Counted from the stretch's first letter, positions 1-11,154 are shown. The stretch: 29,432 bases of DNA from Octopus sinensis (GCF_006345805.1 NW_021832910.1:1-29432); one strand, 5' to 3'. Notes: generated by a model from the sequence alone, not told the origin. Program-made: numbers and translations.

Positions 1-305
1 CCGTTAGGTTCTGAGTTCAAATTCCGCCGAGGTCGATTTTGCCTTCATCCTTTCGGAGTCGATAAATTAATACCAGTTACGCACTGGGGTTGATGTAATC
101 GACTTAATCCGTTTGTATGTCCTTGTTTGTCTCCTATGTTGTTAGCCCTAGTTGGTAATAAAGAGACAAGAAACGTTAGCACGTTGGGCGAAATGCTTAG
201 CGGCATTTCGTCTGCCGCTACGTTCGGCGTTCAAATTCCGCCGAAGTCAACTTTGCCTTTCACTAATTACCAGTTGCGTTCTGGCGTCGCTCTAATCGAC
301 TGGCG
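1..305 (+). mobile_element. SINE family B (my label), partial tandem copy
   Basis: TTCTGAGTTCAAATTCCGCCGAGGTCGA...TACCAGTTACGCACTGGGG...TTAGCCC...AATAAAGA is followed by a second head-like segment (GAAACGTTAGCACG...ATGCTTAGCGG) and a restart of the body near 230. The same sequence recurs at 4830, 5325, 8582, 24472 and 28748. Confidence 0.85.
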
Positions 306-638
306 CCCTAGAGTAGAAAAGAATATGCTTCCTCTTTACAACAATATAAGATATTAGCTGTTTTTTAAATTTTTTTTATTTTCTTATTTCCAATGCTTTA
401 TACTCTTTATTTCTTTTTAATTTGACATTTGTTGCTTCAGTATTTTCTTTCTAACATTTATGTTTTCATTACTATTATTCCAATAATGGTCCTTCTTCAG
501 ACTATCTTTGGTCTTCCATACCTTCGTTCGTCCTTTCAAAATGTTTAAACGGAAACATAAGTCAATATCGTCAAATACACACAAATATAAAACAAGATAA
601 CCAGAGAGAGAGCAAACTACTACTACTTCTACAACAAC

Positions 639-661
639 TAGTAGTAGTAGTAGTAGTAGTG

Positions 662-707
<46 letters not shown>

Positions 708-750
708 GGTGAGAGTGGTGATGATGATGATGATGACGGTGATGTGTAAA
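639..750. repeat. (TAG)n followed by (GAT)n microsatellite
   Basis: Read directly from the sequence; explains the poly-L/T/H ORFs at 417-785. Confidence 0.95.
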
Positions 751-978
751 AGGGACAGTAATAAAAATAGCCAATGAAAACACAAAACAAAAATATTGGA
801 TTTTATGTAAATTGTGTGTGGATAGGAAGAAACAACGTTTTTGTTGTTGTTGTTGTTGTTGATGTTGTTACCATTATTTCCGACTGTGGCATTTTTCGTT
901 ATAGAATTCTAATCGATTCTTCGCACAGAGTTAGCAAAAGTTTCAAGAGGCTACTCGACAAACGAACAAAATATCGTA

Positions 979-1049
979 ATAAGAAGAACGAGAAGAAGAG
1001 GAAGGAGGAGGAGAAGAAGAAGAAGAAGAAGAAGAAGAAGAAGAAGAAG

Positions 1050-1081
<32 letters not shown>

Positions 1082-1215
1082 CGACAACAACGACAACGAC
1101 GACGACGACGACAACAAGAACAATAACAAGAACAAGAACAAGAAGAAGAACAAGAACAACAAGAACAACACAACAACAACAACAACAACACAACAACGAC
1201 AATAACAACAATAAC
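979..1215. repeat. Compound trinucleotide tract (AAG)n-(AAC)n-(GAC)n
   Basis: Read directly; source of the poly-K/N/D and antisense ORFs. Confidence 0.95.
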
Positions 1216-1366
1216 GGCAACACAAAGGTAACAAAAATCCATAACGGAAATATGGAATTCTTAAACTGAAATCTTGAGAATATTTTTAGCTAAAATAAAT
1301 GAAACAATTTTTAAAAACAGTGGGCAGAAATAAAGACTACGAGAAGGGAAGGAAACAGACATATGC

Positions 1367-1801
1367 AGGCGCAGGCGTGGCTGTGTGGTAAGAAGTTTGC
1401 TTCCCAACCATATGGCTCCAGGTTCGGTGCCACTGCGTGGATGCTTAGGCAAGTTTGTTTACTATAGCCTCAGGCTGACCAAAGCCTTGTGAGTGGGTTT
1501 GGTAGACGGAAACTGAAAGATGCCCGTCGTATATATATGTGTGTATGTGTGTGTGTACGTGTATGTATGGGTGTCTGTATGCGTGTATGTGTCTTTGCGC
1601 CAGGGTTTGTTCCCCACCACCACTTGACAACCGGTGTTGGTGTGTTTATGTCCCCATAACTTAGCGGTTCGGCAAGCGAGCGGCAGAATAAGTACCAGGC
1701 TTTAAAAAAATAAGAACTGGGATTAATTCATTTGACTAAAAATTCTATAAGGCGTTGCCCCAGCATGGTCTCAGTCTAATGACTGAAACAAAGGATAAAA
1801 G
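1367..1801 (+). mobile_element. tRNA-derived SINE family A (my label; CORE-like), with internal microsatellite
   Basis: Head AGGCGCAGGCGTGGCTGTGTGGTAAG with A-box and a degenerate B-box (GGTTCGGTGCC), body GGCAAGT...ACGGAAACTGAAAGA, internal TA/TG tract, 3' half TAACTTAGCGGTTCGGCAA...ATGACTGAAACAA, then (TACA)n. Homologous copies at 4958, 11078, 13061, 17512, 19941 and 25140. Confidence 0.85.
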
Positions 1802-1802
1802 A

Positions 1803-1836
<34 letters not shown>

Positions 1837-2056
1837 CATACATACATACATACATACACATACCGGCTAATTCGTACATTATAAGTGCAATCTGTGAGTG
1901 GAAGAGTAAAAATATGCAAGACTTTTCTCAAGTTCCAAATAAAGTCAATCGCCATGTCCAAGTGTTTGTTCCATGTTACTACTAATTTGACCCCAACCAT
2001 CTTCTGACAACTGGTTATCGGTGCGAAGCTGCACACTTTATATATAATATATATTG

Positions 2057-2204
2057 ATAGGAGGGGGTGCCAACTCCTACCGTCCTCTTGCAGACAATGG
2101 GATCGCGAGACTGACTCAGTTTCGAGCTGCTTGGCTCATCTTCAGTCGCGAGTACATGGTCCCTGGCTGGCTGGAGCGAACCCTGGCTATCGCTCCAGCC
2201 AGCA
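2057..2204 (-). mobile_element. 148-bp GC-rich structured cassette carrying a hammerhead ribozyme (Penelope-like or retrozyme-like)
   Basis: GC-rich island between AT-rich flanks, with ATATATTG at 2049-2056 and 2205-2212. Contains a perfect 14-bp inverted repeat (2166-2179/2190-2203), the hammerhead, and a 6-bp hairpin (2058-2063/2074-2079). Confidence 0.6.
2099..2163 (-). ncRNA. Type I hammerhead ribozyme, complete core; predicted cleavage GUC| between 2109 and 2108
   Basis: Minus strand reads GGGA-CCAUGUAC-UCGCGA-CUGAAGA-U-GAGC(CAAGCA)GCUC-GAA-ACUG(AGU)CAGU-C|-UCGCGA-UCCC. Stems I, II and III all pair and every conserved core base is present, with one extra U after A9. Confidence 0.85.
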
Positions 2205-2220
2205 ATATATTGTAAACAAT

Positions 2221-2404
2221 ATGTGTGTATGTGTTTGTGTATGTGTTGTGTGTGTTTTTGTACATATATTTATATATGTGTGTGTTTGTGTGTGTATGTT
2301 TCCCTTATATATATAAAAAGACACACACTCACACGCACACACACACATATATATACACACACACATATATATACACACACACACACACATATACACTCAT
2401 ATGT

Positions 2405-2485
<81 letters not shown>
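2221..2485. repeat. Compound microsatellite (TG)/(CA)/(GATA)n/(GA)n
   Basis: Read directly from the sequence. Confidence 0.95.
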
Positions 2486-2487
<2 letters not shown>

Positions 2488-3294
2488 TGTATGTATCTAT
2501 ATGACAGCCACTGTTAGTTTAATGTTGAGCATGCTTCTGCATATACATGTACAAACCTTTGTAAAAATCTTTGAAGATTCGCATTTGTCTTGGGAAAAGA
2601 CGCTGATTTGAACTGACAGAAGTTGCTGCAAGTGTCATAGCAAGCGTTACTGTCAGAACGCAAAGATCCGGAACATATAGCACAAGAAACGAAGACTGAT
2701 CTTCTAGCCCACTGCCAATGCACCACCGAAGAGTGGTGCGGGGTTTTTTTGTTTTGTTTTTTTTTTTTTCGACCCAGACATGCTGAAAGGCAGATTTGTT
2801 GTCGGCATGATTTGAACTCAGAGCGCAGATGTCTTGGCTTTCATGTCTACGAAAGATAGTAATTATTTTTTTGCCCTTCAAAGTAGGTTTTGAAAGCAGT
2901 GTGAAATAGAGCGCGAGTAGGAAAAGGAAAAGAATTATGAGGTAAGTTAGAAGAGAGCAAGGTGGGAGAGAAGAACAAGTCGGAAGATGTGAAGTTGGAG
3001 ATGGTGGTAAAAGAGGGCTGAAAAGAAACAAGAAAATATGGAAGAGAACAAGAGTGTTTGAAGATCATATGGGGTTGCAATGGAAAGGTAAGGGTAACGT
3101 GGTCAAATGAGTTAATGAGATTAATTGTTGGCCTTAGCAATGACAACATCAGCGATACAAGTACAGAAAGAGATGAGATAGGATAATTAAAGACGCACGA
3201 ATGATGTGTAATTAAGGTGCATTAAGTGATAGTAAAAGTAAAAATCGATTCGCCATAAAACATCTAAAATACATTATCAGTTCTGTTTTTGGTT

Positions 3295-3653
3295 TCGTTG
3301 TATAATTTATTAGTGATGTGAGGGAGATTTAGTTATCGGAAGTAGTTAGAATGGTCTGTGTTGGAATATTTTGTGGTCGACACTGTTCATAGATAGCGCT
3401 ATTGTCGAGTATAGCGGTTGAGATTTAGAGAGTGGTTAGTCTTTGCGATGACGGGGGTGGAGTATGGGAGTTGTGTGCCTATATGTATGGGAGACGATGC
3501 CTAACAGCAGCAAGCGATAGATTGAAGAGTACTCAATACATGTAAAGTATTTGGCCTGTTCAAACTGAAAGTTTATCGTGGGATTCGAGTTTCATGCGAC
3601 AGCACTCATCAGGTGAGATCTGTTGCTACGTATTTTCATTCGTTGATGTATGG

Positions 3654-3655
<2 letters not shown>
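3295..3655 (-). repeat. Probable interspersed repeat with a decayed hammerhead-like core
   Basis: Minus strand reads CTGATGA-GTGC(TGTC)GCAT-GAAACTCGAATC at 3612-3582, next to a (TG)n tract. Stem I is not recoverable. Boundaries are uncertain. Confidence 0.35.
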
Positions 3656-3695
<40 letters not shown>

Positions 3696-4829
3696 ACATT
3701 GAATTGCATTACAATTATATCATACTACATTACATTAGATCACATTATAAATGTCGGATTTCGTTTTGAATGCTTAGCTTCCTAGCCTGATATCGTCCCC
3801 AATTAGTTTACAAATATCATGTATGTTATCCGATCATCGGTTGGATGGGTTTTGTATATGTCCCTCGGTCTCATGTCGTAATATAGCCTGCCTAACCTCA
3901 TTGGAGTCGAATTACTGATATCCTGTATTGTGGTTCTAAAAACCTTGCCCGAATTTTTTGTGAAGTGTGTGATGATATGTTTTAGTTCCATACAGGTGTT
4001 TTTATACCCCTATTAACCCTTTCAACCTGCAAACATGCTTTAGTGGCTGCAATCTGACTATATCCCTGGATGAGGCAAAAGCAGGCGGCAACATTGTTTT
4101 GTGTCCATATTACTCGCTAATTGACAGAAACATCGTTATTTTCAACCGTAAACACAAAATCATCTGACCACCTTTTTCATCTTCCAATTTGTAAAGTTAA
4201 GCGAAATGGTGTCCACTAAATCATGCTTGTACGTTCAAAGGATTCAAAGTAGCTTAAATGCTTCCCTGCTTTATGTACAAGCTTTAGTTTTATTTATGAA
4301 ATGCTACTATTTTATTATTGTATTCAAAGTGAAGCTGTGATGATGAGAAAGCGATATAATAACGCTTATTCCTTGATATTGTTATTGTTAGCATTTCATT
4401 TACTGTTGTTGTTGTGTTGATGGTGGTGGCGGTGGTGGTTTACGTCACTACTATTGTTGTTTCGAAAATACTGTATAGTTAATAGCGATGAATTTTTCTA
4501 TATGCTTAACTTGGCTTGTATTTGTGTAAGCCTTTTGAAAAAACACGTAAACTTACAGGGTTTGAGGTATTGCTTCTAATAGAGCCATGACACGGAAATA
4601 CATTCCTCTGTGACACACCCACATCGTTCGACTTCTCACCTTCTTTTTCTGTTATATCATAATATTTTCTAATGTTGGCACTAGGCCAGAAAATTTGAGG
4701 GTGCGGACTACATTCCTTGACTGCTATTTATTTTACCAACCCCGAAAGTGTGACTGGTAAGGTCGACCTGAAAGACATTTAATCACTTCATATTTTAGCA
4801 CAAAGCTCGCAGTTCTTATTAGGGGCGGG

Positions 4830-4957
4830 TAGTTGATTACATCGACCCCAGTGCTCTATACAGGTACTTGTTTTATCGATCCCGAAAGGATAACGGGCAA
4901 ATTCAGCGTCGGCGAAATACTGCTATGCATTTTGTCCGGCAAGCTTACGATTCTGCC
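4830..4957 (-). mobile_element. SINE family B, degenerate copy
   Basis: GATTACATCGACCCCAGTG...GATCCCGAAAGGAT...CAGACG/CGAAATAC...GATTCTGCCAGC is the reverse complement of family B. Confidence 0.75.
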
Positions 4958-5043
4958 AGCCTAGTACTTATTCTAGTACTTATTCTATCGGTCTCTTTTG
5001 CCGAACCGCTAAGCTACGGGGACATAAACACACCAGCATTGGT

Positions 5044-5120
<77 letters not shown>

Positions 5121-5286
5121 ATACGACGGGCTTCTTTCACTTTCCGTCTACCAAATCCACTCACAAGGCTTTGTCGGCCCGAGGTTATAATAGAAGACAT
5201 CCACCCAAGGTGCCACGCAGTGGGACTGAACCCGGATCCATGTGGTTGGGAAGCAAGCTTCTTACCATACAGCCACTTCTGTGCCT
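4958..5286 (-). mobile_element. SINE family A
   Basis: Reverse complement of the 1367/17512 copies, e.g. TTGCCGAACCGCTAAG, TTCCGTCTACCAAATCCACTCACAAGGCTTTG, GGGACTGAACCCGG, CTTACCATACAGCCAC. Internal CA/TA/TG tract at 5046-5120. Confidence 0.9.
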
Positions 5287-5324
5287 ATCCAGAATATTTC
5301 AATACATCGTCTCCAGCACGTTAA

Positions 5325-5456
5325 CGCTACCAGTTTTATCGATTCCAAAGGAATGAAAGGCAAAGTCGACCTCGGCGGAATTTGAACTCAGAACACAAAG
5401 ACAGAAGAAATGCCGTAAACATTTTGTCCGGCATGCTAACGATTCCGCCAACTCGC
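5325..5456 (-). mobile_element. SINE family B, 5' part
   Basis: GAATGAAAGGCAAAGTCGACCTCGGCGGAATTTGAACTCAGAAC...CTAACGATTCCGCCAACTCGC. Confidence 0.85.
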
Positions 5457-5600
5457 TGCTTTTTTTTTATTATTTTTTTTTTATTCTGTCATATCACAAC
5501 ATCCAGAATTTATCAATCCATCCGACATGTACATCCGCATCCAAGTCGGAAAGATAGAAACTGAAAGCGGATTACTCTCGACTATGAAAGGGTTTACGAC

Positions 5601-5650
5601 TTTTTCTGTGGTTTTTCTGTGATTTTTCTGTGGTTTTTCTGCGGTTTTCT
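5601..5650. repeat. 11-bp tandem repeat (TTTTTCTGTGG-like, about 4 units)
   Basis: Read directly from the sequence. Confidence 0.8.
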
Positions 5651-5679
5651 TGGTAATGGTGATACGCAGTGATATTTCT

Positions 5680-6212
5680 GCTGACTGTCATGGTGCTTGT
5701 AGCTGTAGTGTTGGTAGTGAGTGTAGTTTGGACGGTAGTGGAGGTGGTAGTGAAAACTGTAATTGTGGTACGGTGGTGGTGGCAGTGGGAGAAATGTTGG
5801 TGGTGGTAGTGTCGTTGATGAGGATGAAGATGAGGATCATGATGAGGGCAATGGTGAGGCTTTGATGATAATGGTGGTGGTGGTGGTGGTGGCGGTGAAG
5901 ACTGTGTTGGTGGCTGTCGTCGTCGTCGTTGTAACGGAAGTGGTGGTTGTGTTTGTGGTGGTGGCGGTGGTGGCTGCGGCGGCGGTGAACACGGTGGTGG
6001 TGGTTTCTTCGTCGTCGTCGTCGTCGTGATGGAAGTGGTGGTAGTGGTTGTCTTCGTTGTCATCGTGATAGAAGTGGTGGTGGTGGTGGTAGTTATGATG
6101 CCGGCGGTGAAGACGGTGGTAGTGGTTGTCTTCGTCGTCGTCGTCGTGATGGAACTGGTAGTGGTGGTGGTGGTGGTGGTGGTGGTGTATGTGATGGCGT
6201 AGGCGGTGGTAG
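5680..6212. repeat. GTG/GTC/GAT-rich cryptic triplet repeat with higher-order units
   Basis: Recurrent GTGGTTGTCTTCGTCGTC...GTGATGGAA and GGCGGTGAAGAC units. Confidence 0.85.
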
Positions 6213-6359
6213 TTTCAGTGCTATTGATAGAATGAAAGTTTGTGTTTTTTTTTATTCTGTAGAGATACAATTGATGAATGAAACGAAACAAATCTTTTCA
6301 AACGTCGATCAAACAATTTCTCTCCACAATGTACAGATAGGCCTGATGTCTTTTTTTTT

Positions 6360-6394
6360 GTTATTATTATCAATATTATTATTATTATTATTAA

Positions 6395-6442
<48 letters not shown>

Positions 6443-6506
6443 CGTTATTATTATTATTATTATTATTATCGTTATTATTATTATTATCGTTATTATTATT
6501 ATTTAC

Positions 6507-6556
<50 letters not shown>

Positions 6557-6557
6557 C

Positions 6558-6589
<32 letters not shown>

Positions 6590-6590
6590 C

Positions 6591-6642
<52 letters not shown>

Positions 6643-6655
6643 CATCACCATCATC
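6360..6655. repeat. (TTA)n microsatellite with periodic TCG interruptions
   Basis: Read directly from the sequence. Confidence 0.95.
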
Positions 6656-6729
6656 GTATTTCAACGTGGCGTGGGCCCTTGTAGCTAAAGAAATCATTTA
6701 TCAATATTGACGATAATATTAACAGTAAC

Positions 6730-7218
6730 AATAATAATGTCATTATTATTATTACTATTATTATTATTGTTATTATGATTATTGTGGTTGTTGTTGTTTT
6801 CTTCGTCATCGTTGTTGATGTTGTTGTTGTTCTTTTTCTTCTTCATCCACTTCTTCATGATGATTTTGTCTTGAACTATCCTGTGTTGGACCTTGTGGCC
6901 AATACAAGAGATCATCATCATCATCATCATCACCACCACCACCGCCACCACCACCATCACCATCACCATCATCATCATCGCCACTACCATCATCATCATC
7001 AGCAGCAGCATCATCATCAACCTTGATATCATTACCATCGTTATTGTTCTTGTTATTGTGATTGTTATTTACCAGCATAATCAGCAGCAGCTGCTCCTTA
7101 TTGTGGTGATCATAGTAGTAGTAGTAGTAGTAGTAGTATTTAGCCAATTACAAACTTTTCTCTTCAGTTCGGTTCAGTTAAGTAACAAAAAAAGCGAAAA
7201 GAAAGCAGAAAAGACTAC

Positions 7219-7262
<44 letters not shown>

Positions 7263-7290
7263 CAGCAGCAGCAGCAGCAGTAGCAGGTAG
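6730..7290. repeat. Compound triplet tracts (TTA, GTT, CAT/CAC, TAG, CAG)
   Basis: Read directly from the sequence. Confidence 0.9.
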
Positions 7291-7714
7291 CAGTAGTAGG
7301 TTTCATTCTGCCGCAACAATCCCATTACTCGGGGGAAAGAAACTTATTGTAGACACGTCAAGAATGATTCTATGCAAAGACCATTTTCTAAAAGAAGACT
7401 TGTGTCTTGAGAGATTCTCTTATCTTCTCACAATTTATGTATTTTTTTTTATTTAATCATCTATTTATTTATTTATTTTTTGTCATTGTTTCTATTCTTT
7501 TTCTTTTATTTTTGTATTTTTTGAAAAAAAGCAAAACCAGATATAGTTCAGCCATTGACCAAAAGTTTCGCTCCTTTTTTTTCTTCATCTTTCACACTCA
7601 TTCATCATATTTGTCAAACAATCTTTCAGTTTCTTTCTACTTTTCTTTCTCTCCATTTGTTTCGCTCTCTTCTTCACTCTATTTCTTTCACTTTCTCTCT
7701 ATGTTCCGCTCCTT

Positions 7715-7892
7715 TTCTCTCTCTCTCTCTCTTTCTCCATTTCTCTCTCTCTCTCTCTCTCTCTGTCTGTCTGTCTTGCTATTTTGTCTTAAGGCTTTTT
7801 CTCTCACAGCATCCTGTTTATCTAATGTATTTCTATCTTTCTAATAACATCATTCCCCTCTTCCTTTCCTCCTCTTTCTTTCTCTCTTTCTT

Positions 7893-7926
<34 letters not shown>

Positions 7927-8087
7927 TCTCTCCCTCACTCACTTTTGCCCTTCACCGCATTTTTTCTTTCACACTTTCACTCTGTTTTCTTTGCCATTCT
8001 CACCAATGTCATTCTCTCTTTCTGCTTCTATCATTTCCTCTTTCTTTTCTTTATATCTTTCTCCCTCTTTCTGCATCTTCCTCCTTA

Positions 8088-8131
<44 letters not shown>

Positions 8132-8287
8132 AGCTCTCTCTCACCGAATCTTTTTATTCAATTCTCTTTCTCTAACTATCTTCACCTCCCACCCTCTACT
8201 TTTCTTTTTCATTTCTATTCTTTGTCTCTCTCAACTTCTCTCTCTGACTTTCCGTTTTTCTCATTTTCATCTCCTTTATCCTTTATG

Positions 8288-8335
<48 letters not shown>
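7715..8335. repeat. (TC)n and pyrimidine-rich low-complexity region
   Basis: Read directly from the sequence. Confidence 0.9.
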
Positions 8336-8581
8336 ACCCCCTATCTATCTCTCAATTCCCTCTTTTTCTCTACTAACTTACCCCCATACACCATACTAAC
8401 CACGATATCCATTCAAACTAACAAATATAAAGTTTGCTCTAAATTTAGCAAATTAATGGTGAAATTACGGCAATGGTATTCAGCTGATTAACTCCGTATG
8501 TGGGACATTTTATATGGACCAAATTCAACTGGCATTTCTAATTGAGCTCATGCGGCCACATAGGTGACGATACTTTTTTTT

Positions 8582-8792
8582 GTCCACAAGGGGCTAAACA
8601 TAAAGGGGACAAACAAGGACAGACAAAGGGAGTAAGATGATTATATCGACTCCAGTGTGTAACTGGTACTTATTTAATCGACTCCGAAAGGATGAAAAGC
8701 AAAGTCAACCTCGGCTGAATTTGAACTTAGAACGTAGCGGCAGACGAAATACCGCTAAGCATTTCGCTCGGCGCGCTAACGATTCTGCCAGC
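8582..8792 (-). mobile_element. SINE family B
   Basis: CACAAGGGCTAAACAT...ACTGGTACTT...GAAAGGATGAAA...GAATTTGAACTTAGAACGTAGCGGCAGACGAAATACCGCTAAGCATTTCGC...GATTCTGCCAGC. Confidence 0.9.
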
Positions 8793-9204
8793 ACGTGATG
8801 ATAGTATTTTAAACTGGCCTTTCTTTAATTTTAATTTCCCTCATAATCCAAGTCCTGAAGTATCACCTAGAATGAGGTCTAACATGCATACATGCAGTTT
8901 AGCTTTTAGATATATACTTATAGCTGAGCATTTTATAACATAAGATTGGTAGGAAATGTTCTTTCCCAAATCCATCGTGTATCACCTATAAACCTGTCAT
9001 GTGTGTCACCGCTGATGCACGCATGTCATTTATTCGCTATCAGTGACGTAAAAGAAAGCCTCTTCGTTTGATGCCAGTCTTTGTCGATAGGTCTCGCAAG
9101 GAAAAGCAATTTTAATTTCATTTTAGTATATTTTCATGCCTTGGAAGATAAAGGTCGGATTGGAAACTGTGAAATATTTCAAAGGCCCTAAAAGATTGTT
9201 GAGT

Positions 9205-9302
9205 AGGAAGAAAGAAAAGGAAGGAAGGAAGGAAGGAAGGAAGGAAGGAAGGAAGGAAGGAAGGAAGGAAAGAAGGAAGGAAAGAAAGAAGGAAGGAAGG
9301 AA
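9205..9302. repeat. (GGAA)n microsatellite
   Basis: Read directly from the sequence. Confidence 0.95.
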
Positions 9303-9949
9303 GTTGTCCGTAGATCGTAGACTGATCTGAAAGCACGAAACTGTGGACTCAGTTAAAGACATCCGAAGACAAGATGTCTTTAACTACTAGCATCTATATA
9401 TGCTGTCATATATGTTGTGCATGTGCCTCTACGTGTGTTTGCATGTGCCTCTGTGTGTGTATGTGTGCGTGTGTGTGTATTCTTATCCAAAACGGCGAGA
9501 AGAACTAACATTCACAAATCGATCACTTGAATAATTGTAGATGTCTTTTTACACATGAAACCATTGGCTACCTTGTTAATCCTCAAATAAAGAATATTTG
9601 TCCATTAATGCACTAATTAGTAATCATCCTCACTGTTCGATACTAACGTTTACACACACGCATAATATTTATGTGTGTGTATGTGTGTATGCGTGTGTAT
9701 GTATGTATGTACGTATAAGCTCCTATTTTTAACTTCAGTCTAGTGGTCTATACATGAAGCGTTGGGCCTCGCTCTTACTAGATTCATACTACAGCCATTG
9801 GTCCGAGAGTAACTTGAGCAGATTTCAATCTATTGTAACTGTTGCCACTGGACCTTCGTTTCGCATCTAATCAACGATGCTTTTTTTGTTTACAGATTCC
9901 TTAAAGCCTTAAAAAAATACCTCGTGGTATTTGTTCTGACTGTTTACAC

Positions 9950-10210
9950 TCTAGGTTCAAATCCCACCGAGGTGAACTTAACATTTCATCATACCTGGAT
10001 CGATGAAGGTGAATACCAGTCATATACTAGGGTCGCAGGCATCAAGCTACTTTCTCCCTCAAAATTGCTGGCCTTGTGTCAAAATTTGAAACCGTTACTA
10101 AGGTTACGAGCTAGCAGAATGTGAACGCACTGGAGAGAGTAGTTAGAGGCATTTCCTCTGGGTTTTGACGTTCTGGTTTCAAATACCTCTGAAGTCTACT
10201 TTGCCTTTCA
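9950..10210 (+). mobile_element. Old degenerate SINE-B-like fragments
   Basis: GGTTCAAATCCCACCGAGGTGAAC...TTTCATC...GAATACCAGT, and GGCATTTCCTCTG...GTTCTGGTTTCAAAT...TACTTTGCCTTTCA. Confidence 0.55.
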
Positions 10211-10330
10211 GTAGAGTGGGAGGGCATAAAAAGAAAAGCTAGTCAGGTACCTTCTCCTCGAATATTCAGGCCATTTATGCCTGTATTGGTACCATTATTA
10301 TTCTAGAAACAACTAGTGTGTGTGTATGTG

Positions 10331-10461
<131 letters not shown>

Positions 10462-10719
10462 ACAAATTAATAAATAAAACATATGCATAATATATATACA
10501 ATATGTACGAACCTACATCTATATGCATATATACATGCATATATGGGTGCAGGACACCAAAAAAAACGTCGAACACAATGAAAAACGAAAACATAAACAC
10601 CAAACCAAGGAATTGGATATTTTTCTTAAACAACGAAAAAATAGAGTACAGGACATACAACACAAGTAAAATTCCCCTTCTTCAGTCGCCTCTGTTTCAT
10701 CTACTCCACGTTTCGAAGG

Positions 10720-10793
<74 letters not shown>

Positions 10794-10799
<6 letters not shown>

Positions 10800-11080
10800 G
10801 GCCCAAAAGTAGGTTTACAGTTATTCAACTATCTCTTTCGCATTCATATATTAACAGTTTAGATCTTAATTATAGGAAAATATGGAACCATTATTCAGCA
10901 AGATGGATCACCTCGACATCATGCATTGACATAAGGGAGTACCGTAACCAAGCCTTTCCATAGCATTGGTTTAGAAGATGGGGCAGCATCGAATGGCTAT
11001 CATGTTCATCTGACCTGACACCAATGGATTTCTTTTGGGGGAGTATTGTAAAGAACAAGGTTTATGAGAAGAATCCCAGA
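10794..11080 (+). mobile_element. Internally deleted Tc1/mariner element, DD41D (rosa-type) transposase C-terminal fragment
   Basis: TIR-like start TAGGGTGGCCCAAAAGTAGG follows (TA)n. 10890-10928 gives IIQQDGSPRHHAL; after a 1-nt frameshift, 10931-11080 gives IREYRNQAFP*HWFRRWGSIEWLSCSSDLTPMDFFWGSIVKNKVYEKNPR, matching QQDGAPxH...WPxRSPDLTPLDFFLWG. There are 41 residues between the two Asp if the broken codon counts as one. Confidence 0.8.
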
Positions 11081-11102
11081 CGGAAAACTGAAAGAAGCCC
11101 GT

Positions 11103-11154
<52 letters not shown>

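Noticed and set aside
417-1242. Poly-L/K/N/V/C ORFs, and similar ORFs at 6232-7456, 7407-8491 and 27154-28571
   Set aside because: They are translations of triplet and dinucleotide microsatellites.
1864-2028. 165-nt minus-strand segment with CAG acceptor, GTATGT donor and one open frame
   Set aside because: No polypyrimidine tract, the donor arises from the (TACA)n edge, and the peptide is unrecognisable.
3803-4009. Minus-strand ORF (...YDMRPRDIYKTHPTDDRITYMIFVN)
   Set aside because: Short, no recognisable family, and no convincing splice acceptor.
10700-10720. CGAAACGT on the minus strand as a truncated hammerhead
   Set aside because: The 5' core is missing and the next base is G, which is not a valid cleavage-site nucleotide. 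Only suggestive.
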